Assembly: GCA_051362555.1 (NCBI GenBank)
Contig: CM120641.1
Span: forward strand, 5,456,001 to 5,520,000
Direction: 5' to 3'
DNA: 64,000 nt
Source: Lingula anatina
Taxonomy: Eukaryota; Animalia; Brachiopoda
Shown here: positions 1 to 12,200 of the stretch, piece by piece
How the letters are laid out: each line of letters starts with the position of its first letter
Position numbering within the stretch: position 1 is the stretch's first letter
The notes under the pieces: generated by a model
Databases searched by the model: none
What the model saw: only the letters and a program-made list of their open reading frames with translations
What the model was told of the DNA's origin: nothing
Made by a program: the position numbers and the translations under genes

Positions 1-2645
1 ACTGAAAATAGTTATAGCGAGTTACACACAACCAAACTGACTGGAAGCTCGTTTACACCAGGCTTAATTCAGATCGGTCCTAATTAATTTATGAACCACT
101 TACATTCGTTCACAATCATAAGCGTCCGTAAAAAAGCATCCAGCCCTTATGGTTCGTGGTTTGTCCAAGCAGGCTGTTCTAACTGATTTTTTGCAACTTT
201 CTAAACCAAGGCTCATATGATGAACCCTAGGGGATAGATTACGATCAACATAACCTACACAGCATAAACGTATTCAACTAACTAGAAACGATCTGTATTA
301 TGTCTTGTGTGAATAGTCCCCAAAGTGTGCATTGATCAGACCAGCTCTTGACTTAATAATGCAATACATATACAGTATGTGAAATATTGTGGCAGCTGAT
401 TATTGATATACGTAGGTTACTACAGAGGTGTGCATCCTCCTTACCATATTATTTGACATTAACATACATAAAGGAACCATCCCCCGCTTTTGCTACATAT
501 TGTTGCTGCATTAACGGTTTTAATGTAGTATTTATATTCTATCACGCAGACTATCCATCCGCCTTTGGAATGTTGAACTATTGAGTTTTGATTAATTAAT
601 TATAGCTTTGTAATCAAAGGCCGACAGTAAAAATCAATTGGTGGAGATAAATACAACCACACGTACCACAGATCCCCGACTCGTGCCCTATCACTACGGG
701 AGAATGTCGCTACCAAACAGATGACTTACTGACAGCTTTTCAGTTCTTTCTTACTTTTGTTGTTCCTCCCAATTTTCGTCAACATAAACATTACTCTAAC
801 GTATGCTAATACATGCAGTAGTCGTGTTTTAACAAATGCATTACTCAAAAATTAGCACCTTGCCCCAATGAAAATGTTTCCCCGTTATAAAGAATATAAA
901 ATAGTCCTGTGCCTGGGACATCTATATATGATACAGATAAGCTTGGCGACCGCTTGAATATATGTATATAAATGTATAGTCAAACCAGGGTAATCATCAC
1001 TTATTGCACAGTCGTTACACAACAACGAGTGGAAAAGTCTAGCAATCCACATATATTATCTAGCTCTTAATATTTGAAATTCACACCTTTTATCTCAGTC
1101 AATTTCTATAATATATGTATGTATATGTATATAAATGTTTGTGCAGGAGTACACATATAAAGCTGAAACTCCGCCCTTATCGATCAACGAAGTAAAAAAG
1201 ATATACGTCTTTGTCCCCGAAAAACGCCGTAGAAACGATAATAACATGATCAACAGTTACTTTAAAGTGACATCTTATGTACACAAACATAAATTATCTA
1301 TATTAAATACTCACTATCATGAAAAAATATTGTACCTTTTCCTTATTAGTATACAGCTGAACACTGTAGTCATAATACATTAACAATGATATTAAAATTA
1401 TAATAATACTATTTTGTAAGTGACTATATTTGCATATATCTATAGCTCTTAAAACATTACATGATCATTCCTAAGTGCTGTGGCAAAGGTCCCTTTAAAA
1501 GCAGCAATAAATATATAAAACCAATTTCTTTAGAAAAATGAAGATTTTTTAACAAACGTAACGTCCAATAAATATCGCATAAGTGCACCTAATAAAAACG
1601 TTATCAATCACGACACAAGTGAAGGGTGGAGGTAAAGGGATTATCTTTTCCAATCTTGCCTTAATTGCCACTTTTACAACATTGTATGTACACCCTCAAC
1701 TAACTTGAACAAAAAAGAAGTGAACCCACACGACAACATATGTTCATAACGAAATCACGTAACACCTACCAGCATGTACTGAAGTCGCAAATTGCAACAT
1801 TTTGTATATTTTGGCTTCGTGTTATATGCCCCTCCTAGCCCCCTATCCGGTTTTGGCTTACAGGGTAATTTCTTTGCAGTTTTCGGTTATCTAGTAAAAC
1901 TGGAGGTAACAGCAAATAATGAAAATTTAGTAGCGGCACAAGTCAATTATGACAGGAAATGCTACCGTTCATAGTCTGTTGACGGATGTCGGTACTAATT
2001 CTTCTGCATCTTCCCAAACGAAAGACCGCCATTTTGAATCTCGACATTAGCATAAACTGTAGCGCAGTAAAATGGCAATCGTAGACTCTCTACTTCAGTG
2101 ATATCCCGACAGTAACATGCAGCGCAATGTCTGGATACAGTGACCTTTGCAAAAATGCTTTCGTTAATATCAGTCATCCAGAGGCAATATCTATTTACTG
2201 TAGTTTTCCGGGAATTGCTAGCTTGTTAGCTTTCGTAGAAATTTAAGAGGTTTATTTTCGCTGATTGGTTTCTCCCGAAACTCTGCGATTGAAGTCTACA
2301 CATGATGCAGTGCTGTAAATCTTACCAATCCGACGCTTTCTTATATTCAGCAGAGGATATGAATAAAGGCATTCGTCTCAGTCAAGTTCTATAGCACCTT
2401 CTATAATGAAAATCCCTTAAACTAGGACGCATTTTTTTGTTTTTATATATGTTCTACAAATAGAGGGTATGTGGCTATCTCTATATCACAGTAAACAGCA
2501 GATTTCATATATATATATGTATATATAAAAAACAAAACAAAATGACTAGTCTCAAAATGATTGTTATGAAAAAATTAAGAAACGCTATATTAACACGACC
2601 ATCCTTTTTTTCGGTCTGTCGTCATAGTTGCCAAGAAGAACATGT

Positions 2646-3804
2646 CTAGTTAGCCAAGAGAAGATGACTCAACTGGCCTGGGTAGTTAGCAGCGGCGGCA
2701 AGATCCAGAAGGGTCTTGGAAGCATCCGGAGATGCAAGGTTTGGCACCATACCGTTGCCCTGCAACAGGAGCGGGTCTCCAAATGGCAACCCCAAGCCCA
2801 TCATTGCTGGATTCATGGTATTGAAGTTGTCCGTGGTCCCCGCTCCTGCAGACGCCAAACCTTGCAAGAGCTGCTGTTGCTGTTGAAGCATCTGAAGCCG
2901 TTTTTGTTGGTCGCGAAGAAAAAAATCTTGGCGCGGATCACGGGCCTCTCGTGGCGAGAGAGAGCGAGATCGCGGGAACCCTGGGGCAGTGCATGCCGGC
3001 GGTGGCACTGCGGAGGTGTGTTGTTTTTGTTGAAATTCGGTTGGGGACAGTCGCGTCGGACGCTTGGTAATGCTCTTCAGTTTTGTCGATCCAAATTTGG
3101 TCTGTGCGAAAGCAGCCGTTGTAAACGTGGGACCTTGAACTCGAGGAATGAAAGGGTTAAAGATGGTCGTGCTACTGGGAGGGCTCACTGGACTCACGGG
3201 CCACGTTGGAGAAGCGGCAGGGGACGCTGTGTTTGGCCATCCACCAGACGCTGTTGGGGTGGTGGGCGAGATGCTGATGTTGCCTACAGACGCGGACAGG
3301 GAGTCGATCGTCTTGAAAGTCTGTGTGTCTGAACTGAAGAGGGACGTCTGAAGTTCCTTGTCTGGCCCTTCCAACAGGTCCGTGTCGCGCTTGTTTGAAT
3401 ATAAAATCTTGACGACGCCCTTTTCTCCCACTCTGTACGACACCTCGGCTGGGTCGATCCAGATGGTCAGATCTTCTGGCAGATAGGTGAACACCTCTTC
3501 CGTCGTTAGACCACTGTTGTATACAGCTTGAATGATGGTCGGGTCCACCTTTTCTCCATTCACAGGGATACAACGAAACGCCGATCCTTTAAACGGCTGG
3601 TCAGGGTACCAGTGCCCTTCGAACTTTTTGTGGAACCCTTTGGCAAGTTCTTCGCCGAAACAGTTAACTCGGCGCCGTGGGAGTTTGTTGTACAGGTACG
3701 ACAGTATGAAGTTGAGAGCCACTGAGACCTCCACTTGCATGCTGGCAAATACGTCGTGAGGGTCCATAACTGTTACAGGGGACGACTGGGGAGACTTCTG
3801 TTGC

Positions 3805-3836
<32 letters not shown>

Positions 3837-4040
3837 GTGGTGATAGTGGGAGGTTTGCTGATTGTGTTGTTGGTACTGTTCTTGTTGTTGTTGCTGCTGT
3901 AATTGTTGTTGTTGCTGCTGAAGATCATCCTGATATGAGTGAAGAGGCAGCGAAAGCTGCAGACCTTGAATCAGCCCCCTCGCCGAAGCTGCAGACGGCT
4001 GGGAAGAATGAAAACACTGTTGTCTGCTTGAAAGAGACAT
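2646..4040 (-). CDS. TOB1: Tob/BTG family antiproliferative protein (CAF1-binding deadenylation cofactor), single coding exon
   Basis: 464-aa ORF with the BTG domain starting MQVEVSVALNFILSYLYNKLPRRRVNCFGEEL, Box A HWYPDQPFKGSAFRC, Box B LPEDLTIWIDPAEVSYRVGEKG and the Tob-specific TFTTAAFAQTKFGSTKLK motif. A pyrimidine-rich splice acceptor (AG at 4047-4046) lies 5 nt before the ATG. TOB1 vs TOB2 orthology cannot be resolved. Confidence 0.96.
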
Positions 4041-5148
4041 TATCTCTGAAATGAAATAAAACAGAAATTATTTCCTACACTTGAGATGACCGTGATAACC
4101 TTTACCTGAATACATTCAAAAAGGTAAAAAAAGTCATAATTCTACATAATGTAATAGGCAGCCGAGCAAGCTATTCGCAGTACAACTCGGTTGAATAGGA
4201 ATTCTACACGCGCAATATATAGACACCGACCAGGATAAACTAGAAATAACCACACTAAACCAACGGTGTGAACACAAACCGTCTACTTGTAATGGACCTA
4301 ATGTGATACCGACGTGTTGCCTTTAAACTAAAGACGATCTTCAGTAACTTGGTGAGAAATAGCTGAATACAGCAGAGACTCCACCAATCCGATGACGAAA
4401 ACCCGTTATACTCCCACCTTCATTATAAGGCCTTGTTATCGGTATACCGAAGTATGGTGGCCGTGGGTAATAAGCATGATTTTCTCACATAAATTGCTAC
4501 AGTGTATGATAATGTAAAATGCTCACCAACATGTACCGTGTATGCTGGTGAAAGCCGATTATTTTGAAGGCTTTGTGGATGATGATGAATACGGCTTTTT
4601 GTAAGTTTTTGCACACTATACAATTCGTATGTTATTTCAGAGAGCGACGTCGGGAGATGATATCATAATTTGGAGTCAAAGCATTCATCGTAACTTGAGT
4701 TATTATAGTGAAAATTCCCAAGCTATGAAAAGAACAGAAATTAAAAAGATATCGACACATTATGTTATCGGATGAACTACTGACGTCGTTCTTTTCAGGG
4801 GCATATCCCGGTATTCTGCTCAACTAAATTCGCCTCTGTCCGTAACCTGGTATATCCCGGATGCCTTATGTGCTACACTAAGTTTTACGCATTTTGTCAT
4901 TTCCTATCGCTGATGTGGACAAACACACAATATAAACTATAAATCATTTTCTTTGCCGTCATAACTGTAATTATGAATGAACAAACATACGTCTCTTCAA
5001 TAACGCATAAGTTATGACGTATGCAAAATGCCATTACTAATTCAAAATCTATATTGCCGACTTACGCCTGTGTAACCCGTCACAAAATTCAATTTTAGAG
5101 AATCGTGGCGTTTGTCCGACTAAAATCTACATCGTAATGTTCACTTAC

Positions 5149-5348
5149 AAGAAAAATATGGTTCCGATACAAAGGTATATCTACTGCATCATTTGGTGGA
5201 AAGTAAAACCGCTGAGAAAAGACTCCGTTTCACCGAATAAATTCAAATAAACACAAATTGCGATAAATCTTCAACTCTCCTACAGCTCGTTTTTATTCCT
5301 TGCTATTCCCTACGGGACTAAACAACGCCCCCTGTCCGACCCGACTGA
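5149..5348 (-). other. Predicted non-coding first exon (5' UTR) of Tob; intron 4046..5148
   Basis: Consensus donor GTAAGT on the minus strand at 5148-5143; initiator-like TCAGTC at 5348-5343; matching acceptor at 4047-4046. Confidence 0.6.
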
Positions 5349-5560
5349 AGATAGCGCGATCAAGTCGTGGCTATGCCCCTTTGCTCTAAGGGCAAAGCCC
5401 GTAGCCTAAGGCCTTCTAGTATGACGTATCTCGGTGGCTTATCTCGTACGCAGACCGGGTGCATAACATGCGAGGCAAGCATCATCGCGATGTTGTCTGA
5501 CGTGGATGGAAATATACAGTGGTTTAAGTAGCGGGCCATAGACTATATGTTCTTCCTGAT
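5343..5560 (-). promoter_or_regulatory. Putative Tob core/proximal promoter
   Basis: Inr-like TCAGTC with CpG-richer flank and CRE/ATF half sites TGACGT at about 5422 and 5498; more at 4781 and 5015 in the intron. Confidence 0.5.
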
Positions 5561-6112
5561 ATATCGAGTGGGAGGGGGTTTTGGGGGGTTTACAGTGAAA
5601 AAATTAAAAAATAAAAAACAGGCACAATGTGACGGCCTTTTTCTGCCTGTTACGCATGTCTTTTTAGGTTGTGGTGTAGGATGGGGTGACAACAGCTGTG
5701 CAAGACCGGGCAGCGATCAACTTGTCCGTCCGATTTTTATGCGAAAGAAAATATGATGATGCGACACACGTTTGATTTATAATAGATGGTGAGATTGGTG
5801 GGTGGTAGGGGGGAGGGGGGAGTTTCAATAACTGCTAGTGGCAGAAGAAGACATTATCACAATCTAATCCTTCTTACATTATGTTATACAGGGTGGTGGA
5901 ACACCCTTTGCTTTTGTAGAAGAACAGTCAAAGACATTGTGACAAACTGGTCGCAATGTCATGCAAGAGAAGAACTTGACAAACGTTTTCTCATCTCTCA
6001 CGGAAGGGACACAGTAGCTGACAGTTGTGACGCAAAACAAGGTGACAAGCTATATGTCAAGATGCATGGAGGGGGCGGGGGCACAATAGCTGTATTAGGC
6101 CAACACAGAATA

Positions 6113-6287
6113 GAAAACAATGAGAGAATCTGTTCATTTTGTCATACGAGAGGAACGACACGAAGTACAACGGTTGCTAAAGTTGAGGCACAGAAAACAA
6201 TGAGGCAATCCATTCGTTTTGTCATACGAAGAAACAGAAGCTAGTAGAGAGACGGGAAACAATGTAGCAATCTATTCGTCCTGTCAT
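6113..6287. repeat. Three degenerate ~33-bp direct repeats with unrelated spacers
   Basis: gaaaacaatgagagaatctgttcattttgtcat (6113), gaaaacaatgaggcaatccattcgttttgtcat (6193), ggaaacaatgtagcaatctattcgtcctgtcat (6255). Confidence 0.7.
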
Positions 6288-9200
6288 TTTCAAATTGCTG
6301 TACCCTGAGTCAGTTGCGTGTTGATGTGAAAAACGCTGCGTAAGGCTGCAATGCAGCATTACTGATTGCTTTTTTACATAGAAAGATGTGGAAATTACCA
6401 TCCGTCTCGTAGAGTGAATCGTATTCCATCTAAACTATATGATGACGCATCCTGAGCACGAAAATCCATGCAGAGCAAACTAACCATTCCTTGACTTATT
6501 AACTGAATCACAGAAGTTAATTCCGATTAAGAAACCCCATCAACTAACCAACTATATATATACTCATGCAGCTTGTTTTTCTCGTTCTGTTGTGCTTACA
6601 CAATCTGTATCCTTTCGTGCGAGTTGTGCTTTTGATCTAATTACACAATTATGTCAGGGAGTCGTAAAAACGATTGCATATGCAAATATTAACAGTATTT
6701 TTTGAGCGGCGTATATTTACGAGTCAAATTGTTAAATTATATCAGTACCCGACATCTTCATAGAAAAAAGGTTACTTAACCGAAGCAGTGGGCAGAAACA
6801 TTGCCGCAGAAATGAGCCTATCGTGCGCCAAGCATAAGATCAATGTATGCTCGAATGAATGCGACTCTGAATATTCATAATGCCCTGCTTAGCAATTCTG
6901 TCGTCAAACGACACTTGTGTCTATAGATAATGTACATAAAGGTACGATTATTTGAATAAAATAGCATATAAAACCAGTACATAAACTTTCTTAAATCATA
7001 CTAATGTTAGTCAAAACGACGTGGCCTTTCGTTAAGATTGATAGGTACCCTTTACCTACATTTACAGAGGTGTAGATGTTTTAAAAAATGATGCTGGGAA
7101 TAAGTACATAAATGCAAGATGTACCAGCTGATAGTAAGTGTGACCAAGTACACTCGCTGATCATGATCTCCCACTTGAACAACAGATGGGAGAGGGAACA
7201 AACAACTTGGGCTCCACAGTGTAAATCAGTTAATGCATGCTAACAGACTCGGCGTGTTCCTAAAGTGAAGTGGGTGCAATATCTGTATCTATTGAACAGG
7301 GAAAGGGTAGGGTATATGTAGCTCTCATTTTATAAAATGGTTAACATCTTTTTTAAATCTAAAAATCACACACACACCGTATCGAGGTCTCGAACTTCCT
7401 TCTCCATGTATGCGACTTGCCGATAAAAACAGATCTATCAATACATCCTGCTTAATTCTAATTGGAGAAATAATCATTATTCAACAACAAATTGATTAAT
7501 CATTTTATCTTTATTACGTGAGTGAGCATGTCAGGCACAGTTGTAAGACGCACGAACACAGGCGTCACAAAATCTAAATAGTCCTCAACAGTTGAAACTT
7601 GGCTATGAACTTTTAAGTTGCGTGTACTTTTTCTTTTCGCTTTCCTTTTTTTCCTTTGGGGACATATATTGGCTTTGGATCGTATATTAAGTGACATAAA
7701 ATGCGGGTTTAAACTTTCAGGTTTTGTGCAAATTCATTGCTTATCCTCACATTAGCAGTCACGGAGACCTACATTGAATATATTTTGATAGACTACTTAA
7801 TAATCGTGTTCTCTTACACCTTACAGGAGATACTTAGCCCAAACTGCGACTGAAATCCAGGCTTTTTATTTGGTAATTCGTTTCTGACTGATAAGCACGT
7901 TCAGTGTTTCATTGAGAGTAACTGTGGACATGGGCAGAGCGTTTTAGGCCAATAATAAACCCATTTCCCCTTGGATAATGAATCCCAACCTATAAGATTC
8001 GAGAATACCAAATATGTAATTTCAGACGTCTATATTTCCTTGTTTTTTCCTCTTATACTCCAATTAGCGTCATAGCTTTGGTCGCAGTTTTTCACTAATT
8101 GTTTGGTAACTAACACGGATACATGTAACCACGAAGCAGCGAGTTAACATCAGGTAACATAGGTTCCTTCAGATACCATCTGGGTTCCAATTAGATGCCT
8201 TGGTTTTATCTTAATCCCAGCCATTAAAGCCTTTGAAGCGATAAGTTTTACCGTCCCCACGGCCTCTCGGCTGATTCTCTTTAATTTCAATTGTTAACGT
8301 CCTGATTTCCCTATGCTGATGTCTACAAGATATTACGGTGTTGAAATTACACGGTATGTGTAGTGCAGATAAGATAGGGGTTTAATTACAGCCATCCACA
8401 CCGAGTTTCAGAGTCCACTGAAAGCTGGCCTCGATCATCAGCTTTTTTTTTTAATGATTATTTATTTCACACCGACGCTTTGGACCCACATTGGAGGGAC
8501 GGAACTCCGAGCTTGGGCACCCCTCGCGGCAAGATGGTTCAGTCTCTCACGGAACCATGAACGCTGAGTTATTCTCTTAGGTATACCAATGATCCTTTTT
8601 CTTTTAACAACAGCTATTGATTCTATGAAACTTGACTATATCGGTAGCTATCTGGTCACTTTTTTCAAGTACATTTATTGAAACTTTTCGATGGAGTTTT
8701 GAATAAAAACCTAAGGAGTATATTCAAGTCAGTGCTTCTTTAATTCCAAAAATGCTCATCACGTTTCAACTAACTGACAACCCCAAGGAGCAGGGTAGAA
8801 TTAGGGAAACGTCTGATCTGTTCGTCATGCTTTAGTTCTGCCTATGTCGTCATGCTGGTGAATTCAATGGTCATGCGTGCAGACAGGAATAAAAAATGAT
8901 TATGCCTTCCCATTTAAAAAACGTCTCTTCGAAAGTAATGTATGTAATAGATGCAGTAGTGTGTGTTTAAATGGCATAGTCACCGAGTGCAAGGGGAAGT
9001 GACCTGATGAAAGATGATGATAAAAATGTCTGGGTAAAATTTTTTAACATACGCCAAGTCTGTGACGAAGGCGGGGTAAGATGAGAGGAGGCGTCCCAAG
9101 CTCTGCCATTAGAGTGTGTAAGTCTTGTTGTACCATAAAATCGAAACAAATCTGATTTCAATTTGCCAAGGACAATTGCTTATCTCTTACTTCAAAATCC

Positions 9201-12200
9201 AATAATTCCCCACTTTCTTCTGGCTCCATTATTTTAATTAAAAAAACGTGCAAAGAGCTTTTTAATAATGGTATTTGGCATGCCATAGATATTCCACAAG
9301 ACCCTCTACCGCATACTTAGCTACATGTGATAAAACATTTATTTATCGGCAACCCGTACTTTCTACCACCTAACGCTGTATTGAATTCGACGATGCAATA
9401 TCAGCAATGTTACTGATCGATCATTGCCTTCTCATCCAGTGTTTTGATCAGTAAAAAAGATGCATATATGCGACATGGATTTGCTAATTCTCAGACAGAC
9501 AGAAGAAGAAAAGCAGCGTTGTGAGAATCATCATATGAGAAATTGTGCATTTGGAATCGACGTTTTCTTGTACATGTGTCACTTAACAAGAACAATGATA
9601 AAGTTTATGTATAGAAATGAAACACTTCGCTTCGCTTGCTGCATTGCCCCCCAAAAAAGGGCCACATGAGGAGTCATCAGATACCTGCATTTACCATCAG
9701 TGTGTTAAGTATGCTTCCAATCACAAACTACGCACGCATTCCAGATATCCTGCGTTGTACAGGTAAAGGTGAGCAGTTGTTTAGGAGAAGAGAGAGGGAG
9801 AGCGGCTTTTACACATTACCTGTAATATCGGTGCGTGGTTTTTCGTTGATCAGAGATATCGGGATAGAAAACACGCGTCCAATATATAATCCAGGTTAAA
9901 AATTACCAAAGCAAGCGAATGGAATTAAAACAGAAAGCTGACAGCACTCTAAACAAATCTAACCACATGTGAGTACAGCGTCGGGTTTATTCGTTTCATT
10001 TCCTTAGCAAGTCGAGAGGATAAACACAAAAATCCGATATTCTGATTCCTTTAATAGCGAGTTCTGGTCGCCAAAGGCATTCAGTTTTTTATTTTTACTC
10101 GAAGGTGGAGTCGTTAGCTTTCAACATAAATCGCCTACTTCATACACTCCAGATTCACTTTATCTTCATTTACAATGGCCTTGACTGAACGTATATGTGA
10201 GGTAGTTCAGTTAAAAAAAAAGAGATAAACATCTGAAATATAATAGACCAGCCGAAAACATTCACCTTCATGATCACGTCCTAAGACTTTTAATTCTTAG
10301 AATCAGAATTATCAGCATTCAAAATGCGAATGCCATGGACAGCGTTTATCAACGGACCAGCCTCAAAGATATATCGTCACGCCTTAACCATGTCAGGCAA
10401 CAAGTCGAGTGATATGTTAATCCTAGGGTAATTGCCGCATTAGATAAAACGTTTAAGAAATGTCTTAATTGAAGCCTAATAGGGCCTTAATCAGATGTCA
10501 TCCTCATCCCCGTCTTATCAGGTTGTCTAACGGTCGTGTTAAGGGATGGTGAACGCAACAGCTTTGTGAACGGTTGTGCAACATGCAAAGGTAGCGTTTT
10601 AAAGGTCAACCGATTGTAATGTTGTCATGCGGTGTTCAGAGCAGGATTGCCTAATAAGTGTCGATTCCTTTGGCCGCTAGTAAAACTAACGACTACTGAA
10701 TGTCTTTTCCCGTCTGCTGCCGAGGAATTTTTGTTTTTCCATCGCTACAGTTAAACGTTTTTCAGCTGACGAGTCCTGCTTTCCGCTGTTGCACGTTAAA
10801 GTGACTATTTATGAGTTTGTTTCATTCTCCGCAATTAAGAACTAAAACGCCTCGCGTAAGTGACGTTAACTACAGACAAGATATCAATGCATTTCCTCAT
10901 AAAGGAATTATGTCTGATTCTCATTGCCAAGGCCTTAAATCTATTAGCATAAACATGGCATTCGGTGAAGTAATATATTTTTGTCATTAGAAACATTGCG
11001 GGTTTCTTAAAAGTAATTGAACATTTGTCTTACCTGGGTTTCTGCACGAGTAAGAAGCGTTTCGTTAAGGTAAAGTGTAAATTATTCGTATGGAAGCATT
11101 CCCCCATTTCATCATAAAACCTTCATAAAATGCCAATGATTTTGAACTGAGGGGTCAATACAGTCGCATTAAAATTCGTCACTAATGACGTCACTAGAAG
11201 CTGGAAGTGGCGATCAATTTGAAAGAACGGGAAATGGTTCAAGTATCCAAATTCAATTTCAACAGCCAGAACGTCCAATGGGCATATCTCTTCTATATCT
11301 GAAACACAACTGTAGATTGCTCGTCTAACGGGTCCAATACCTTCATGGTACCTAAACCGGTGCGCTTAATAAGTGACAGCATTGTCTTGGTCTTATCTAC
11401 CTTCCCCCAAGGTCGGCAAAGTTCACCGCTTTAACTTTCATTTAGTTGTTCAATTGTGGAATAATAATAGCACTGCACGCCACATGTAATCCAAAATTAC
11501 TTGCTGGCATTGATGTCAGTGATTTCATTCCCAACAGGCAAACTATATGAGATAATCAGACTGGTAGAAAATGGAAAACGATTTTGCTTAAATATGAGTA
11601 ATCAACGGTGAAAATAGCTTGAATTTAGCTTGAATAAAAATGTATCCGAAGAGTGGCAGAATTATTCATTTGACATTACAAATTGTTCGTTTTTTCTAAC
11701 AAGCAAGGTTTTTTTCTTTGCTTAAAAGGTGAAACCGATACCATAGCAAACACCGCCTGTTACTATAGGTACAGAAAATTTTCTTTCCACTTGTTCATTA
11801 TACAGAACAAAAACTATTCAAGTATTGTGATATTTCGATACATCATGTCTCCAAATTACGCACAACCTACTATCCACAAACCGTGCCGTTATGGTCGAAG
11901 ATATATCGACTGGTAGGACACCGGTTCGATACTGTTGTGAAAATAGCTCATACTGTTGTAGCATCCAGCTATAATATATACCGTTGCTGATTGCAGTAAA
12001 TAGGGTCAGCAAAAGTAAGAAACATGTGACTTACTCGATAAGTCAAGAGGCCAAACCGAGCCTGGCCACTTCTAGTTTCTTACCCGCCGTCTCATTCAGT
12101 AGATATCGGCAACCTCTCTTCTAAAATGACTGCGTGTGTTCATCAGACGATGTCGGGTAGCTCACTTTCACATGATAATTACATATTCGTCCTAAACTAA

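Noticed and set aside
2628-3332. 234-aa plus-strand ORF antisense to Tob
   Set aside because: Shadow of a GC-rich coding exon; non-ATG start and no recognisable domain.
6113-6287. CRISPR-like repeat/spacer appearance
   Set aside because: Only three degenerate repeats, unequal spacers, no cas genes, eukaryotic context.
7375-7430. Pol III B-box-like GTTCGAGAC on the minus strand
   Set aside because: No convincing A-box or cloverleaf; at most a SINE remnant.
10766-10800. CTGACGAGTCC resembling a hammerhead ribozyme core
   Set aside because: No closing GGAC-GAAA or flanking stems.
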